Assembly (NCBI GenBank): GCA_963725665.1 | Contig: CAVRZA010000002.1 | Span: forward strand, 288,001-352,000 | Direction of reading: 5' to 3' | DNA from: an uncultured Actinomycetes bacterium | Lineage (GTDB): Bacteria > Actinomycetota > Thermoleophilia > UBA2241 | Length of the DNA stretch: 64,000 nt | The notes under the pieces: generated by a model | Seen by the model: only the letters and a program-made list of their open reading frames with translations | Told to the model about the DNA's origin: nothing | The model's database searches: none | Program-made: the position numbers and the translations under genes | Part shown: positions 28,527 to 38,491 of the stretch, piece by piece | How the letters are laid out: every line of letters starts with the position of its first letter | Numbering within the stretch: the first letter of the stretch is position 1

Positions 28527-29099
28527 ATGAAGACGACGATCGGTTCCACTTCACTCGAGATCGAGAGCGGCGACATCACGGCGCTGAAGGTCGATGCCAT
28601 CGTCAACGCCGCCAACGATCACCTGTGGATGGGGTCGGGCGTCGCCGGGGCCATCAAGCGCGCCGGGGGCGCGGCGATCGAGAGCGAAGCTATGGCGCAG
28701 GCACCGATCGCCGTGGGCGACAATGCCGTCACGAGCGCCGGTGACCTCAAGGCGCGCTGGGTCATCCACGCCGCCGTCATGGGTCAGGACTTGCGCACGG
28801 ACGCGGACATCATAGCCAGGGCGACCTACAACGTCCTCGAGACCGCCGAGCGCCTCGGAGTACGCTCGCTGGCCCTGCCGGCCTTCGGCACCGGGGTGGG
28901 CGGCTTCCCGCTCTACGCCTGCGCCAACACCATGCTCGGACAGGTGCAGCTCTACCTGCGCCGGCATCCGCGCTCGGGCCTGCGGCGGATCGTCTTCTCG
29001 GCTTTCGGCGCCGACGCCAGGGCGGCGTTCAAGAACGCCATGGCCGGGCTCTCGCGCTACGGCATCACGCCGGCCAAGCACAACACGTACGAGTTCTGA
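28527..29099 (+). CDS. Macro domain (O-acetyl-ADP-ribose deacetylase-like) protein
   Basis: GDITALKVDAIVNAAN, GSGVAGAI, VIHA and PAFGTGVGGFP. Confidence 0.93.
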   Translation: MKTTIGSTSLEIESGDITALKVDAIVNAANDHLWMGSGVAGAIKRAGGAAIESEAMAQAPIAVGDNAVTSAGDLKARWVIHAAVMGQDLRTDADIIARATYNVLETAERLGVRSLALPAFGTGVGGFPLYACANTMLGQVQLYLRRHPRSGLRRIVFSAFGADARAAFKNAMAGLSRYGITPAKHNTYEF

Positions 29100-29131
29100 G
29101 CTCTGTGGTCGGCTTCGCCGGCGAGGTCCCT

Positions 29132-30335
29132 TCAGGTGTCGCCGTGCGTCTCTTCGACCGGCCTGGTCATCGCGGCCTGAGCCCGTGCCCAAGGGACGGG
29201 ACGCGCCCGCGAACGCACGGCGGATGATGAACGGGGCCAGGAACGTCGTGGCCAGTACCATGCTGATCACGGCGACGTAGACGTCCCCGGTCACGGCACC
29301 GGCCGAGAAGGCGATCCCGGCGACGACGATGCCCACTTCGCCGCGCGGCACCATCCCGGCTCCCACCTCGCGCCGGATCGCCCCGCCTTCTCTGAGCGCT
29401 CCGACCCAGCCACCGGCGTACTTGGTCGCCACGGCGACGGCCGTGAAGACGAGGATCTCGGCGTCGATGAGGGGGTTGGCGAAAGCCGCGAAATCGACGT
29501 AGGTCCCCATCAGGACGAAGAAGAAGGGTACGAAGAAGGCCGTCAGCGGCTCGATGCGGCGCTGGATGGGGTCGTAGTCTTCCAGCTCGCCCAGCAGCAG
29601 TCCGGCGAGGAAGGCACCCACGATGGCTGCCAGACCGACGTACTCGGCGAGCAAGGAGAGTCCCAGAGTGAGCACGATCGAGGCGTCGAAGACCACCCCG
29701 GGGGGCAGCCGCTTGACGAGGTGCGAGAGCCGCGCTGCGAGGGGCGGTCCGGCGACGACCACGACGGCGACGAAGGCGACCGCCTCGAGGGCGATGAGAG
29801 CGATCTCGGTGGGGTTCGACTCTCCCAGCGCCACACCCTTGACCACGACCAGGACGATCAGGCCCAGGATGTCGTCAAGCACGGCGGCGGCGAGGATGAT
29901 GCGCGCCGAGCGCCGTGACTGGACGCCGAGCTCCCGTAGCACGGTGATGGTGATGCCCACCGAGGTCGCCACGAAGGCTGTGGCCACAAAGAGGGCGTTG
30001 GAGGTGGCTTCGCCGAACGCCAGAGCGGCCAGCAAGCCGCCGGCGAACGGGAGTGCCACGCCAATGAAGCCCACGCGCAGGGCCGACCCGCGGACGGCGA
30101 GCAGGTCGCGCACGCGCGCCTCGAGGCCGGCCTCGAAGAGGAGGAAGATCACGCCGAGCTCGGCAAAGGCCTCGAAGAACTCGGACCTGTGGACCAGGTC
30201 GAGAAGGTGTGGACCGAGCAGGGCGCCGGCGAGAAGCTCGCCGATCACGGCTGGGAACCCGAGTGCGCCGGCCAGGCGGCCCAGCACCCGCGCGGCCGCG
30301 TAGGCGACCAGGAGCTGGAACAGGATGGTCGTCAC
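29132..30335 (-). CDS. Cation:proton antiporter (CPA2/Kef-type); the true stop is probably at 29132 via a frameshift
   Basis: PAVIGELLAG, LLFEAGLE, ATSVGIT, AAVLDDILG, GAFLAG, GMVPRGEVG. As assembled, the frame runs through the whole convergent macro gene; an alternative frame ends ...PVEETHGDT*. Confidence 0.85.
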
Positions 30336-30442
30336 GGGCCCGGCCTTCGGCTCTGGCGCAAGTCTCTTCTCATGGGGAGCATAGTATGACAGCGGAGGAG
30401 CCGGATCGTCTCAGGACCGACCCTACTCTCGAGGAGGACGAG

Positions 30443-31426
30443 ATGCCTGAAGTGCTGTACCTCTCGCGCGGCGATGTCGAGGAGCTACGGTTGCCCATGG
30501 GCGAGGTCGTCGCCGCGGTGGAGGAGGGGTTCCGGCTGAAGGGCACCGGGGAGACCGAGATGCCGCCCAAGCCGGCCCTGCACCCCGGCGGGGGCGCGTT
30601 CATCCACGCCATGCCGGCGCTCGTGCGCGGCGAGGTCGGGCTGGCCGCGCTCAAATGGGTCGCCGTCTACAACACCAACCCCGCGCGCGGCCTGCCGGCC
30701 CTCGCCGCGCTGCTCGTGCTCTCGGACGCCGCCGACGGCCAGCCGCTGGCCGTCATGGACGCCGCGCTCCTCACCGCCTTGCGTACCGGGGCCAGCGTCG
30801 GTGTCGCGGCCCGCCGGCTGGCGTGCGACGACGTCGAGGCCGTCGGGATCGTGGGGTGCGGCGTGCAGGCGCGATCGAGCCTTGCCGCGCTCGTCGAGGT
30901 GCTGCCCCGCCTTCGCGAGGCACGCTGCTACGATGTCTCGGCCACGGCGCAGCGGGCGTTCATCGACGAGATGAGCACGCGCTTCCCGGCGCTCTCGTGC
31001 ATCGCCTGCTCCCCGCCGGCGGAGGTCTGCCGCGGGGCGGGCGTCGTGGTCAGTGCGATCTCGATGGGGACGGGGGCGCGACCGCCGCTCGGCGCCGGCC
31101 TCCTCGAGGCCGGCGCCCTGGCGGTCGCGCTCGACTACGACGCCGCCTGGACGGCGGCGGCGATGGCCGCCTGCGACCGCCTGGTGTGCGACGACGTCGC
31201 CCAGGTCCGCGCGACGGTGGCCCAGGGGGCCTACCTCGGCGAGCTGCCGGTGGCGAGGCTCGAGGACCTCGGCGACGTCGTCGCCGGCAGGGCGCCCGGC
31301 CGTCGCGACGCCGAGGAGCGTATCTTCGCCCTCAACCTCGGCATCGCGGTGGACGACGTGATGACGGCGCGGCTCATCTTCTCACGCGCGCGCGAGCGCG
31401 GCGTCGGGAGGCTGTTGCCCCTCTGA
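30443..31426 (+). CDS. Ornithine cyclodeaminase/mu-crystallin family protein
   Basis: EMPPK, HAMPA, LKWV, LTALRTGA, GCGVQA and NLGIAVDD. Confidence 0.9.
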   Translation: MPEVLYLSRGDVEELRLPMGEVVAAVEEGFRLKGTGETEMPPKPALHPGGGAFIHAMPALVRGEVGLAALKWVAVYNTNPARGLPALAALLVLSDAADGQPLAVMDAALLTALRTGASVGVAARRLACDDVEAVGIVGCGVQARSSLAALVEVLPRLREARCYDVSATAQRAFIDEMSTRFPALSCIACSPPAEVCRGAGVVVSAISMGTGARPPLGAGLLEAGALAVALDYDAAWTAAAMAACDRLVCDDVAQVRATVAQGAYLGELPVARLEDLGDVVAGRAPGRRDAEERIFALNLGIAVDDVMTARLIFSRARERGVGRLLPL

Positions 31427-31455
31427 GGTGCGTCCGGGCCCCGGCCGTGCGACCC

Positions 31456-32886
31456 TCAGATCGGGGCCGCCACGCCACAGATGGCGGCGAGCTCGACGAG
31501 CTGGTCCGCGCTCAGGCCGGGCCGACGGTCGGCGCGCGCCGCCATGACCCTGTCGATCACGGCGCGCGCCGCGTCGTCCTCGGTCGCGCCGCTCTCCTGC
31601 CACCTCTCGTATGAGAGCCGATTGGCGATCTGCGGCAGGAAGTGCTCGCCGGCGCGCGCGCGCCGCGCCGTCTCCTTCTCGCGCAAGAAGTCGCCGCCGA
31701 TACCGGCGCGCGCGAACGCGTCGGGCATGATCGACGACTTCGAGACCTCGACCTCGCTCAGCATGCGGCGGACCATGAGCGCGATCTCGTTGTCGATGAC
31801 GATCTGGGGCAGGTAGAGCGCGCTGGACGAGTCGATCAGCCCCCATCCCGACACGAGGTCCGGGTTGGCGGAGCACACGGTGAGCGCCTTCAGCGCCTTC
31901 TCGTAGCCGGCCTGGATACCCGGGTAGCGCGCGTCGGTCGACATGGCGGGGTTCATCGTCGGCACGCCGAGGTAGTGTCCGACCTCGGTCGCCGCCGCGC
32001 TCATCATGCTGTTCTCGAGGCAGCCGATGGAGAACGTGGTCCACCGCATGTCGAGGATGCCGGAGCCGAAGCAGAAGATCACCTTCGTGCCCGGAACGGC
32101 GACCTGCAGCATGGTCATGATGGCCAGGAACTCGGCCACGCCTTGCGTGACCGTGCCGGCGATGGTCACCGGTGAGGTCGCACCGGCGCTCGTCATGGAG
32201 TAGACCTTGACCGGCGCGCCGCACTCCGCCATGGCGACGTGGACGTCGAGAACCTGACCGTCGACCTGGAGCGGCGAGGCCGCCGTGACCAGCGTGCTCA
32301 CGCGCGGCCGCTCGCGGAAGCGCTCCAGGTCGCCGCAGAGCACCTCGAAGATGCGCTTCACGGCGTCGACGTGCGAGGGACAGTCGACGAGCGTGATGTG
32401 TTTGTCGGTCTCACGCAGGATCGTGTAGTACTCGACGAGCTCGCGGCGCTCGATGGGCACGTCGGTCGCCGAGACCATCGTCCACATGAGCCCAAGCTCG
32501 GGCAGCGAGTCGTTGAGCGCCGTCGCCAGGCGGACGTCTTCAAGGGTGCTGGCGCGCCGCTCGCCGGTCACGTAGTCGATGGTCTTGGCCGCACAGCCGC
32601 TGGGCGTGAAACGGTAGGGCCTTCCCTCCGCCAGGACGACGTCGTGCTCGGGCGAGGCGGCGGCCATCAGGAACCCACGCGGGCAGCGCCCCAGAGCCGC
32701 CCGCACGAGGTCGGGCGGAAAGCGCACCAGACCCGCGTTGAGATCGACCGTGGCGCCGGCGTCGGCGAGCAGGGGCAGGACGCGCGAGCGAGCGGCCCGG
32801 AAGCCGACGCTCTCGAGGATATCGAGCGCCTCCTCGACGATCAGCCGTTTCTCGTCCTCGTTCAGCCAGGTCGTGTGGGCTCGCAT
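31456..32886 (-). CDS. Non-pyrrolysine MttB-superfamily methyltransferase (probable quaternary-amine demethylase)
   Basis: ASPLQ, SAGATSPVTIAGT, TDARYPGIQAGYEK, QIVIDNEI, GIGGDFL. No internal stop; Ser at the Pyl-equivalent position. Confidence 0.9.
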   Translation of the reverse strand: MRAHTTWLNEDEKRLIVEEALDILESVGFRAARSRVLPLLADAGATVDLNAGLVRFPPDLVRAALGRCPRGFLMAAASPEHDVVLAEGRPYRFTPSGCAAKTIDYVTGERRASTLEDVRLATALNDSLPELGLMWTMVSATDVPIERRELVEYYTILRETDKHITLVDCPSHVDAVKRIFEVLCGDLERFRERPRVSTLVTAASPLQVDGQVLDVHVAMAECGAPVKVYSMTSAGATSPVTIAGTVTQGVAEFLAIMTMLQVAVPGTKVIFCFGSGILDMRWTTFSIGCLENSMMSAAATEVGHYLGVPTMNPAMSTDARYPGIQAGYEKALKALTVCSANPDLVSGWGLIDSSSALYLPQIVIDNEIALMVRRMLSEVEVSKSSIMPDAFARAGIGGDFLREKETARRARAGEHFLPQIANRLSYERWQESGATEDDAARAVIDRVMAARADRRPGLSADQLVELAAICGVAAPI

Positions 32887-33014
32887 CTCACTCCTCGTCG
32901 GGTCCTCGATCGTCCTCGGTCTGGCTCGGCGGCGGCGGTCCTTGGTCCGGCTCGCGGCGCCGGTTCGTGCTCCGCGGGCCCCGCACCGGACCGCCGGGCG
33001 GGGCCGTTACCGCC

Positions 33015-34076
33015 TCACACGCCGAAGCGGAGTCGGAACGCCCTCACGAGTCCCCAGCAGCCCGTCATCATCATGTCGCCCATGGGCGCCGGGAAGCTCA
33101 CGTCGAGGTCGCTGCCTGCGAGCAGCGAGCGATGGGGTCCGGTGACGAAGATGGGGAGGCCGGCGGGCACGGGGCCGCTCAAGGCGGCCCCGTGCCCGCC
33201 GGCCTCCCGCACCTCGTCGCTCGTCAGCTCACCCGCCAAGAAGCGCGCCAGCCAGCGTTCGAGGGAGGCGCGATCGAGCGCCGAAGTGTGGTGCTCGAAG
33301 ACCCCCGCGAGGCGCCCGCTGAGCGCCACCACGCAGACGGTGTGTCCGTTGCCGACGTTCACGAGGATGGCGTCGTCGACGCCCTCCTCCAGAGCCCCGT
33401 AGAGGGCGGCCGGGCCGGTGTCGGCGGCCATCACGCGAGGGACGCCGGCCAACCCGCCGGCCGCCGCCTGCATGCGCGTGAGCTCGCCGGGGATCTCGTC
33501 GACCGTGTAGAAGAGTGCCTGGATGGCGCGGCGCTCGGCGAGAGCGCGCTCCCAGAGGTCGAAGCGAAAGGCGCGGTTGGAGCTGTGCGGGTTGAATCCA
33601 TGGTCCTGGACGGCGACGGCGGCGCCGGAGAAGGCGGGCTCGACGCCGAGCTCAGCCAGGGCGGCCAGGAGGGTGGGGAGGTCGACATCGCCGGAGCGCA
33701 CGGCGTGAGCTCCGGCGAGCACCGCGTGCCGCGCCTCGTCCTCGCTCACCACGTGCACGCCGCGGCCGCGCACGAGCTCGACGTTGTCGGCGAAGGTGAG
33801 CGCGGCCTCTGGAGTGGCGAGGAACGTGAAGCCGGCGGCCAGATGATCGCGCATCGCCTTCGTTGAGGCGCCGCCGCCCATCACCGGCCCGCTGAAGGCC
33901 ACGGTCTTGCCGGCGGCCGTGGCCGCCCTGATCTGACCCGCGACGACCTGAGTGCGCGAGGGGACGACGAGCTTGACCGAGCTCTCGGCCGGCATGTGGG
34001 GCTCGAGGATCAGCACGTCGGCGGTGCCGAGCCCCACGTCGATGGCCAGGATGCGCTCGCGAACGTCCATGACCAC
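33015..34076 (-). CDS. DUF1786-family protein (ASKHA/kinase-like fold)
   Basis: ILAIDVGLGT, VAVQDHG, DTGPAA, VNVGNGHT, GVFEHHT, GGHGA and GDMMMTGCWG. Confidence 0.85.
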   Translation of the reverse strand: MVMDVRERILAIDVGLGTADVLILEPHMPAESSVKLVVPSRTQVVAGQIRAATAAGKTVAFSGPVMGGGASTKAMRDHLAAGFTFLATPEAALTFADNVELVRGRGVHVVSEDEARHAVLAGAHAVRSGDVDLPTLLAALAELGVEPAFSGAAVAVQDHGFNPHSSNRAFRFDLWERALAERRAIQALFYTVDEIPGELTRMQAAAGGLAGVPRVMAADTGPAALYGALEEGVDDAILVNVGNGHTVCVVALSGRLAGVFEHHTSALDRASLERWLARFLAGELTSDEVREAGGHGAALSGPVPAGLPIFVTGPHRSLLAGSDLDVSFPAPMGDMMMTGCWGLVRAFRLRFGV

Positions 34077-34134
34077 ATTCTAAGCCCCGGCGGCTCCGGC
34101 GACCCAGCCGATCGTCGCAGGAGACTCGCCGCCT

Positions 34135-34863
34135 CTAGACTCTCCTGGCCGGCGGCGGACTGAGGCGCAGCCGCCACACGTTCACCATCGCCTCGAGCAT
34201 GATGTTGCCGGACATCTTCGAGCTGCCGACCGCCCGGTCGACGAAGATGATGGGTACTTCCTCGATGCGAAAACCGAGCTGCCAGGCTCGGTAGGTCATC
34301 TCGATCTGGAACCCGTAGCCGCTGCTCTGGATGTCATCCAGGTCGATCGTCTCGAGCACCTCGCGCCGGAAGCACTTGAAGCCGCCTGTGACGTCGTCTA
34401 CGGGCAGGCCGAGGATCGTGCGCGCGTAGAGGCAGCCGCCGCGGCTGATGAAACGGCGCGCAAGGCCCCAGTTCTCCACGCCCCCTCCCGCGACGTAGCG
34501 CGACCCGAGCACGAGGTCGGCTCCCTGATCGATGCGGCGCAGGAAGTCCGGCAGGTAGGCGGCGTCGTGCGACAGGTCGGCGTCCATCTCGAAGAGGATC
34601 TCCGCCCCCCGTGCGAGAGCGTGCTTGAACCCCGCGATGTACGCCCTGCCGAGGCCCTCCTTACGCTGCCTGTGCAGGACCTCGACGTCGGGCATCTCGC
34701 GCGCAAGCCGGTCGGCGAGCTCGCCGGTGCCGTCGGGTGAGCCGTCGTCTACGATGAGGGTGTGCAAAGGCAGCCTGTGGCCGTCCGCGACCTTCCGGAT
34801 GCGCCGCAGAGCGTGCGGCAGGTTCTCGAGTTCGTTGTACGTAGGCAGGACGATGGTGTTCAT
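34135..34863 (-). CDS. Polyprenol-monophosphomannose synthase (GT2, Ppm1/DPM1-like)
   Basis: PTYNE, VDDGSPDGT, EMDADLSHD, GSRYVAGG, DVTGGFKC and GYGFQIE. Confidence 0.92.
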   Translation of the reverse strand: MNTIVLPTYNELENLPHALRRIRKVADGHRLPLHTLIVDDGSPDGTGELADRLAREMPDVEVLHRQRKEGLGRAYIAGFKHALARGAEILFEMDADLSHDAAYLPDFLRRIDQGADLVLGSRYVAGGGVENWGLARRFISRGGCLYARTILGLPVDDVTGGFKCFRREVLETIDLDDIQSSGYGFQIEMTYRAWQLGFRIEEVPIIFVDRAVGSSKMSGNIMLEAMVNVWRLRLSPPPARRV

Positions 34864-35030
34864 GACCGTGGGGGAGTATACCTCCGGCCGTCGCGTCCTT
34901 ACCCTCGCCGCTGTTCGGAGCAGAGTCTAACCTTCAAGTCGAGGTTGAGTCTTCGCAGCCTGAGCGCGGCAGGAGGAATCCTTGCGGTCGCGCCCAATAG
35001 GAAGATATTGTTGCTGCCTTGGCTTTGAGG

Positions 35031-35044
35031 CACAATATGTAGTG
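35031..35044 (+). promoter_or_regulatory. NrdR box CACAATATGTAGTG
   Basis: Matches the palindromic NrdR-box consensus immediately upstream of nrdR-nrdJ. Confidence 0.8.
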
Positions 35045-35057
35045 GAGAGTCGGAAGT

Positions 35058-35501
35058 ATGCGCTGTCCCTTCTGCGGCACTGAAGAGAGCAAGGTCGTCG
35101 ACTCGCGCGACTCGGAATCGGGCGATTCGATCCGACGGCGACGGGAGTGCCTGCATTGCGGCCGGCGCTACACGACCTATGAGCGGGTCGAGGAGACGCC
35201 GCTCCTGGTGATCAAACGCAACGGTCGCGAAGAGGTCTTCACGCGAGCCAAGCTGTTGAACGGCCTGCTGCGAGCGTGCGAGAAGCGGGGCATCCCCCTA
35301 GCGCGTATCGAGCTCATCGCCGACGAGATCGAGGGTGAGTTGCGGCGCGAGTCGGTGCAGCGCGTCGCCTCCGTCGAGATCGGCGAGCGCGCGCTGCGTC
35401 ATCTAAGAGAGCTCGACAAGGTGGCTTACATTCGCTTCGCGTCGGTGTACCGGCAGTTCGAGGACATCGATGAGTTCCAGGATGAGCTCGCCAGGTTGTG
35501 A
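35058..35501 (+). CDS. nrdR: Transcriptional repressor NrdR
   Basis: MRCPFC...VVDSR...IRRRREC..CGRRYTTYE, ATP-cone, VAYIRFASVY. Confidence 0.98.
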   Translation: MRCPFCGTEESKVVDSRDSESGDSIRRRRECLHCGRRYTTYERVEETPLLVIKRNGREEVFTRAKLLNGLLRACEKRGIPLARIELIADEIEGELRRESVQRVASVEIGERALRHLRELDKVAYIRFASVYRQFEDIDEFQDELARL

Positions 35502-35505
35502 GAGG

Positions 35506-35552
35506 GCGAGCCGGGGTGACGGCCGGCGGGGCCGGCCGTCACCCCGGCTCGC
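35506..35552. repeat. Perfect 22-bp hairpin with a 3-nt loop between nrdR and nrdJ
   Basis: GCGAGCCGGGGTGACGGCCGGC-GGG-GCCGGCCGTCACCCCGGCTCGC. Confidence 0.85.
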
Positions 35553-35642
35553 TAGACTGAGCCTCCCTCGGGGGCAGAGGGATGAGACGAGAGACGGGAC
35601 CGTTTCTGGCGGTCGAACGACGGCAGTGAGGGGCTGGCAACG

Positions 35643-37877
35643 ATGCACGAGGTGATAGAACTCTCCGCCAACGCGCTCAAGGTGCTGCAGCGGCGATACC
35701 TCAAGAAGGGCGAGAACGGGGAGCTTCTCGAGACGCCCGAAGAGATGTTCCGACGCGTGGCGAAGACGGTGGCCGGGTCCGAACGACTGCACAACCCCGC
35801 GGCTCCGGTCGGCGAGTGGGAGCAGACCTTCTACGACCTCATGACGTCTCTCGAGTTCCTGCCCAACAGCCCCACCCTCATGAACGCCGGCCGCGAGCTA
35901 GGACAGCTCTCGGCCTGCTTCGTCCTGCCCGTCGAGGACTCGATGGACTCCATCTTCGAGGCCATCAAGCACACCGCCCTCATCCACAAGAGCGGTGGCG
36001 GCACGGGCTTCTCGTTCTCGCGCGTGCGTCCCCACAACGACGTCGTGCTCTCCACGAAGGGCATCTCCTCGGGGCCGCTCTCGTTCATGAGCGTGTTCGA
36101 CGCCGCCACCGAGACGATCAAGCAGGGCGGCACGCGGCGCGGCGCCAACATGGGCATCCTGCGTGTCGACCATCCCGACATCCTCGACTTCATCACGGCC
36201 AAGCAAGACGAGGACAGACTGAACAACTTCAACATCTCGGTCGCCGTCACCGACGACTTCATGCGCGCCGTCGAGGCCGACGAGGAGTACCCGCTCGTCA
36301 ACCCGCGCAGTGGCGAGGTCGTGAAGAAGCTCAAGGCGCGCAAGGTGTTCCGGTCGATGGTGACGCTGGCGTGGAAGCACGGCGACCCCGGCATCGTCTT
36401 CATCGACCGCATCAACGAAGACAACCCCACGCCGCAGCTCGGCGCCATCGAGAGCACCAATCCCTGCGGCGAGCAGCCGCTGCTGCCCTACGAGTCGTGC
36501 AACCTCGGGTCGGTCAACCTGGCGAAGGTCGGCGAAGACGGCCACATCGACTACGCGAAGCTGGGACGCATCGTGCAGACCGCGGTGCGCTTCCTCGACG
36601 ACGTGATCGACGCCAACCAGTACCCGCTGCCGCAGATCGAGGCGATGACCAAGGGCAACCGCAAGGTGGGTCTGGGCGTCATGGGCTTCGCCGACCTGCT
36701 CCTGTACCTCAGCGTCCCCTACGACTCCGACGAGGCGGCGCAGATCGCCGGCGACGTGATGCGCTTCATCCAGACCGAGGCGCAGAAGGCCTCCCAGGAG
36801 CTGGCCGAGGAGCGCGGGGTGTTCCCCAACTTCAAGGGGTCGGTGTTCGATCGCCCCGACGGCCCGCGCATGCGCAACGCGACCGTGACGACCATCGCGC
36901 CCACCGGCACCATCTCGATCATCGCCGGTTGCTCCAGCGGCATAGAGCCACTGTTCGCCGTCTCGTACGTGCGCGCCAACGTGCTCGACGACGAGCGCCT
37001 GGTCGAGGTGCACCCGTACTTCGAGAAGGTGGCGCGCGCCGGCGACTTCTACTCCGACGAGCTCATGAAGCGCATCGCCGACGAGGGCACCGTGCGCGGC
37101 GTCGACGAGGTGCCAGACGAGGTGCGGCGGGTCTTCGCCACGGCGCACGACATCACGCCGGAGTGGCACGTGCGCCTGCAGTCGGTCTTCCAGAAGCACA
37201 CCGACAACGCGGTCTCCAAGACGGTCAACTTCCCCCACCAGGCGACCGCCGACGACGTCGAGAAGGTCTACTTGCTGGCCTACAAGGCGGGCTGCAAGGG
37301 CGTGACCATCTACCGCGACGGCAGCCGTGCTGAGCAGGTGCTCAACGTGGGGCAGGGCAAGAAAGGCAACGGCCGCAGCCCCGTCGTCGGCATCGCCACC
37401 ACGCGCCCCTCACGTCCCAAGCTGCTGAGCGGTCAGACCGAGCGCATGGAGACAGGCTGTGGCAAGCTGTTCGTGATCATGAACGACGACGAGCTCGGGC
37501 CGCGAGAGGTCTTCGCCAACATGGGCAAGGCGGGCGGCTGCGCCTCGTCGAACACCGAGGCCCTCGGCAGGCTCATCTCGCTGGCGCTCAAGAAGGGGGC
37601 GGCTCCCGGCGAGGTCGTCGAGCAGCTCAAGGGCATCCGCTGTCACGTCCCCTACGGTCTCGGACCGAACGCCACACTGTCGTGCGCCGACGCCATCGGC
37701 AAGGCCCTCGAGCGGCGCTACATCAGCGGTGCGGCCGCGGCGGCCGCGTCCGCCCCCGAACCGCAGCTCTCGCTGGTCGAGGTGGCGCAGGGAGCATGTC
37801 CCGATTGCGGAGGAGCGATCGAGCACGAGGGAGGCTGTGTCGTCTGCCGCCTGTGCGGGTTCTCGAAATGCGGATGA
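35643..37877 (+). CDS. nrdJ: Adenosylcobalamin-dependent ribonucleotide reductase (class II) with a TSCPD/Zn-ribbon C-terminus
   Basis: FLPNSPTLMNAG, SACFV, TNPCGEQPL, ESCNLGS, TIAPTGTIS, SCADAI and CPDCG...EGGCVVCRLCGFSKCG. Confidence 0.97.
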   Translation: MHEVIELSANALKVLQRRYLKKGENGELLETPEEMFRRVAKTVAGSERLHNPAAPVGEWEQTFYDLMTSLEFLPNSPTLMNAGRELGQLSACFVLPVEDSMDSIFEAIKHTALIHKSGGGTGFSFSRVRPHNDVVLSTKGISSGPLSFMSVFDAATETIKQGGTRRGANMGILRVDHPDILDFITAKQDEDRLNNFNISVAVTDDFMRAVEADEEYPLVNPRSGEVVKKLKARKVFRSMVTLAWKHGDPGIVFIDRINEDNPTPQLGAIESTNPCGEQPLLPYESCNLGSVNLAKVGEDGHIDYAKLGRIVQTAVRFLDDVIDANQYPLPQIEAMTKGNRKVGLGVMGFADLLLYLSVPYDSDEAAQIAGDVMRFIQTEAQKASQELAEERGVFPNFKGSVFDRPDGPRMRNATVTTIAPTGTISIIAGCSSGIEPLFAVSYVRANVLDDERLVEVHPYFEKVARAGDFYSDELMKRIADEGTVRGVDEVPDEVRRVFATAHDITPEWHVRLQSVFQKHTDNAVSKTVNFPHQATADDVEKVYLLAYKAGCKGVTIYRDGSRAEQVLNVGQGKKGNGRSPVVGIATTRPSRPKLLSGQTERMETGCGKLFVIMNDDELGPREVFANMGKAGGCASSNTEALGRLISLALKKGAAPGEVVEQLKGIRCHVPYGLGPNATLSCADAIGKALERRYISGAAAAAASAPEPQLSLVEVAQGACPDCGGAIEHEGGCVVCRLCGFSKCG

Positions 37878-37975
37878 TGGGCCGAGACAGGCTGCGCCCG
37901 CTCGGCTCGTCCCGCGCGTTTCTCGCTGCGCTCGAAATGCGGATGATGAGCCGAGACAGGCTGCGCCGGCTCGGC
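37862..37975 (+). repeat. 45-bp direct repeat (43/45 identical; 37862-37906 and 37931-37975) duplicating the nrdJ 3' end
   Basis: CTCGAAATGCGGATGATG(G/A)GCCGAGACAGGCTGCGCC(C/G)GCTCGGC occurs twice with a period of 69 bp. Confidence 0.9.
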
Positions 37976-38083
37976 CGGTTCTTGCATGCAGCCGTCGTCG
38001 CGGGCGTAGAGTAGCGAGCCAGGAGTCTTTGCGTGCGAGGCGGTCGGGCCGGTCCGCCCCCGCGCGTCGAAAGGAGTGACACC

Positions 38084-38491
38084 ATGGTCGACAAGCCGAA
38101 CCCCGAGGCCGAGCCCAAGAAGGGCGGCGTGACTATCGCCGACAACGTGATCTCGAAGATCGCCTACACGGCCTGTCGTGAGATCGACGGAGTTCACGCG
38201 CTCGGGGGTGCGACCTCGCGCGCTCTCTCCAGCCTCGCCTCCAGCGTGCGCGGCGGAGAGAGCCGCACGCAGGGAGTCAGCGTCGACCTGCACGATGAGG
38301 TGGTCGACATCGACGTCACGTTGGTCGTCGAGTATGGCGCCAACATCCCCCAGGTCGGCGAGGCTTGCCGCACCGCCGTCAAGGAGAAGGTGGAGGGTGT
38401 CACCGGCCTCACCGTCCGCGCCGTCAACATCGTCGTGAGCGACATCGACTTCGCGGAGGAACCACCTGGCAAGCCGGCCGGACAGGCCTAG
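38084..38491 (+). CDS. Asp23/Gls24 envelope stress protein
   Basis: VTIADNVISKIA, GVSVD, VVEYGANIP, VEGVTGLTVRAVNIVVSDI; SD AAGGAG. Confidence 0.92.
   Translation: MVDKPNPEAEPKKGGVTIADNVISKIAYTACREIDGVHALGGATSRALSSLASSVRGGESRTQGVSVDLHDEVVDIDVTLVVEYGANIPQVGEACRTAVKEKVEGVTGLTVRAVNIVVSDIDFAEEPPGKPAGQA

Noticed and set aside
28551-29131. Antiporter C-terminus overlapping the whole macro-domain gene
   Set aside because: It reads as antisense shadow; a nearby alternative-frame stop at 29132 gives a normal gene layout.
35553-35642. Cobalamin riboswitch upstream of nrdJ
   Set aside because: No B12-box or conserved GGGAA...GCCACUG core, and the space is too short.
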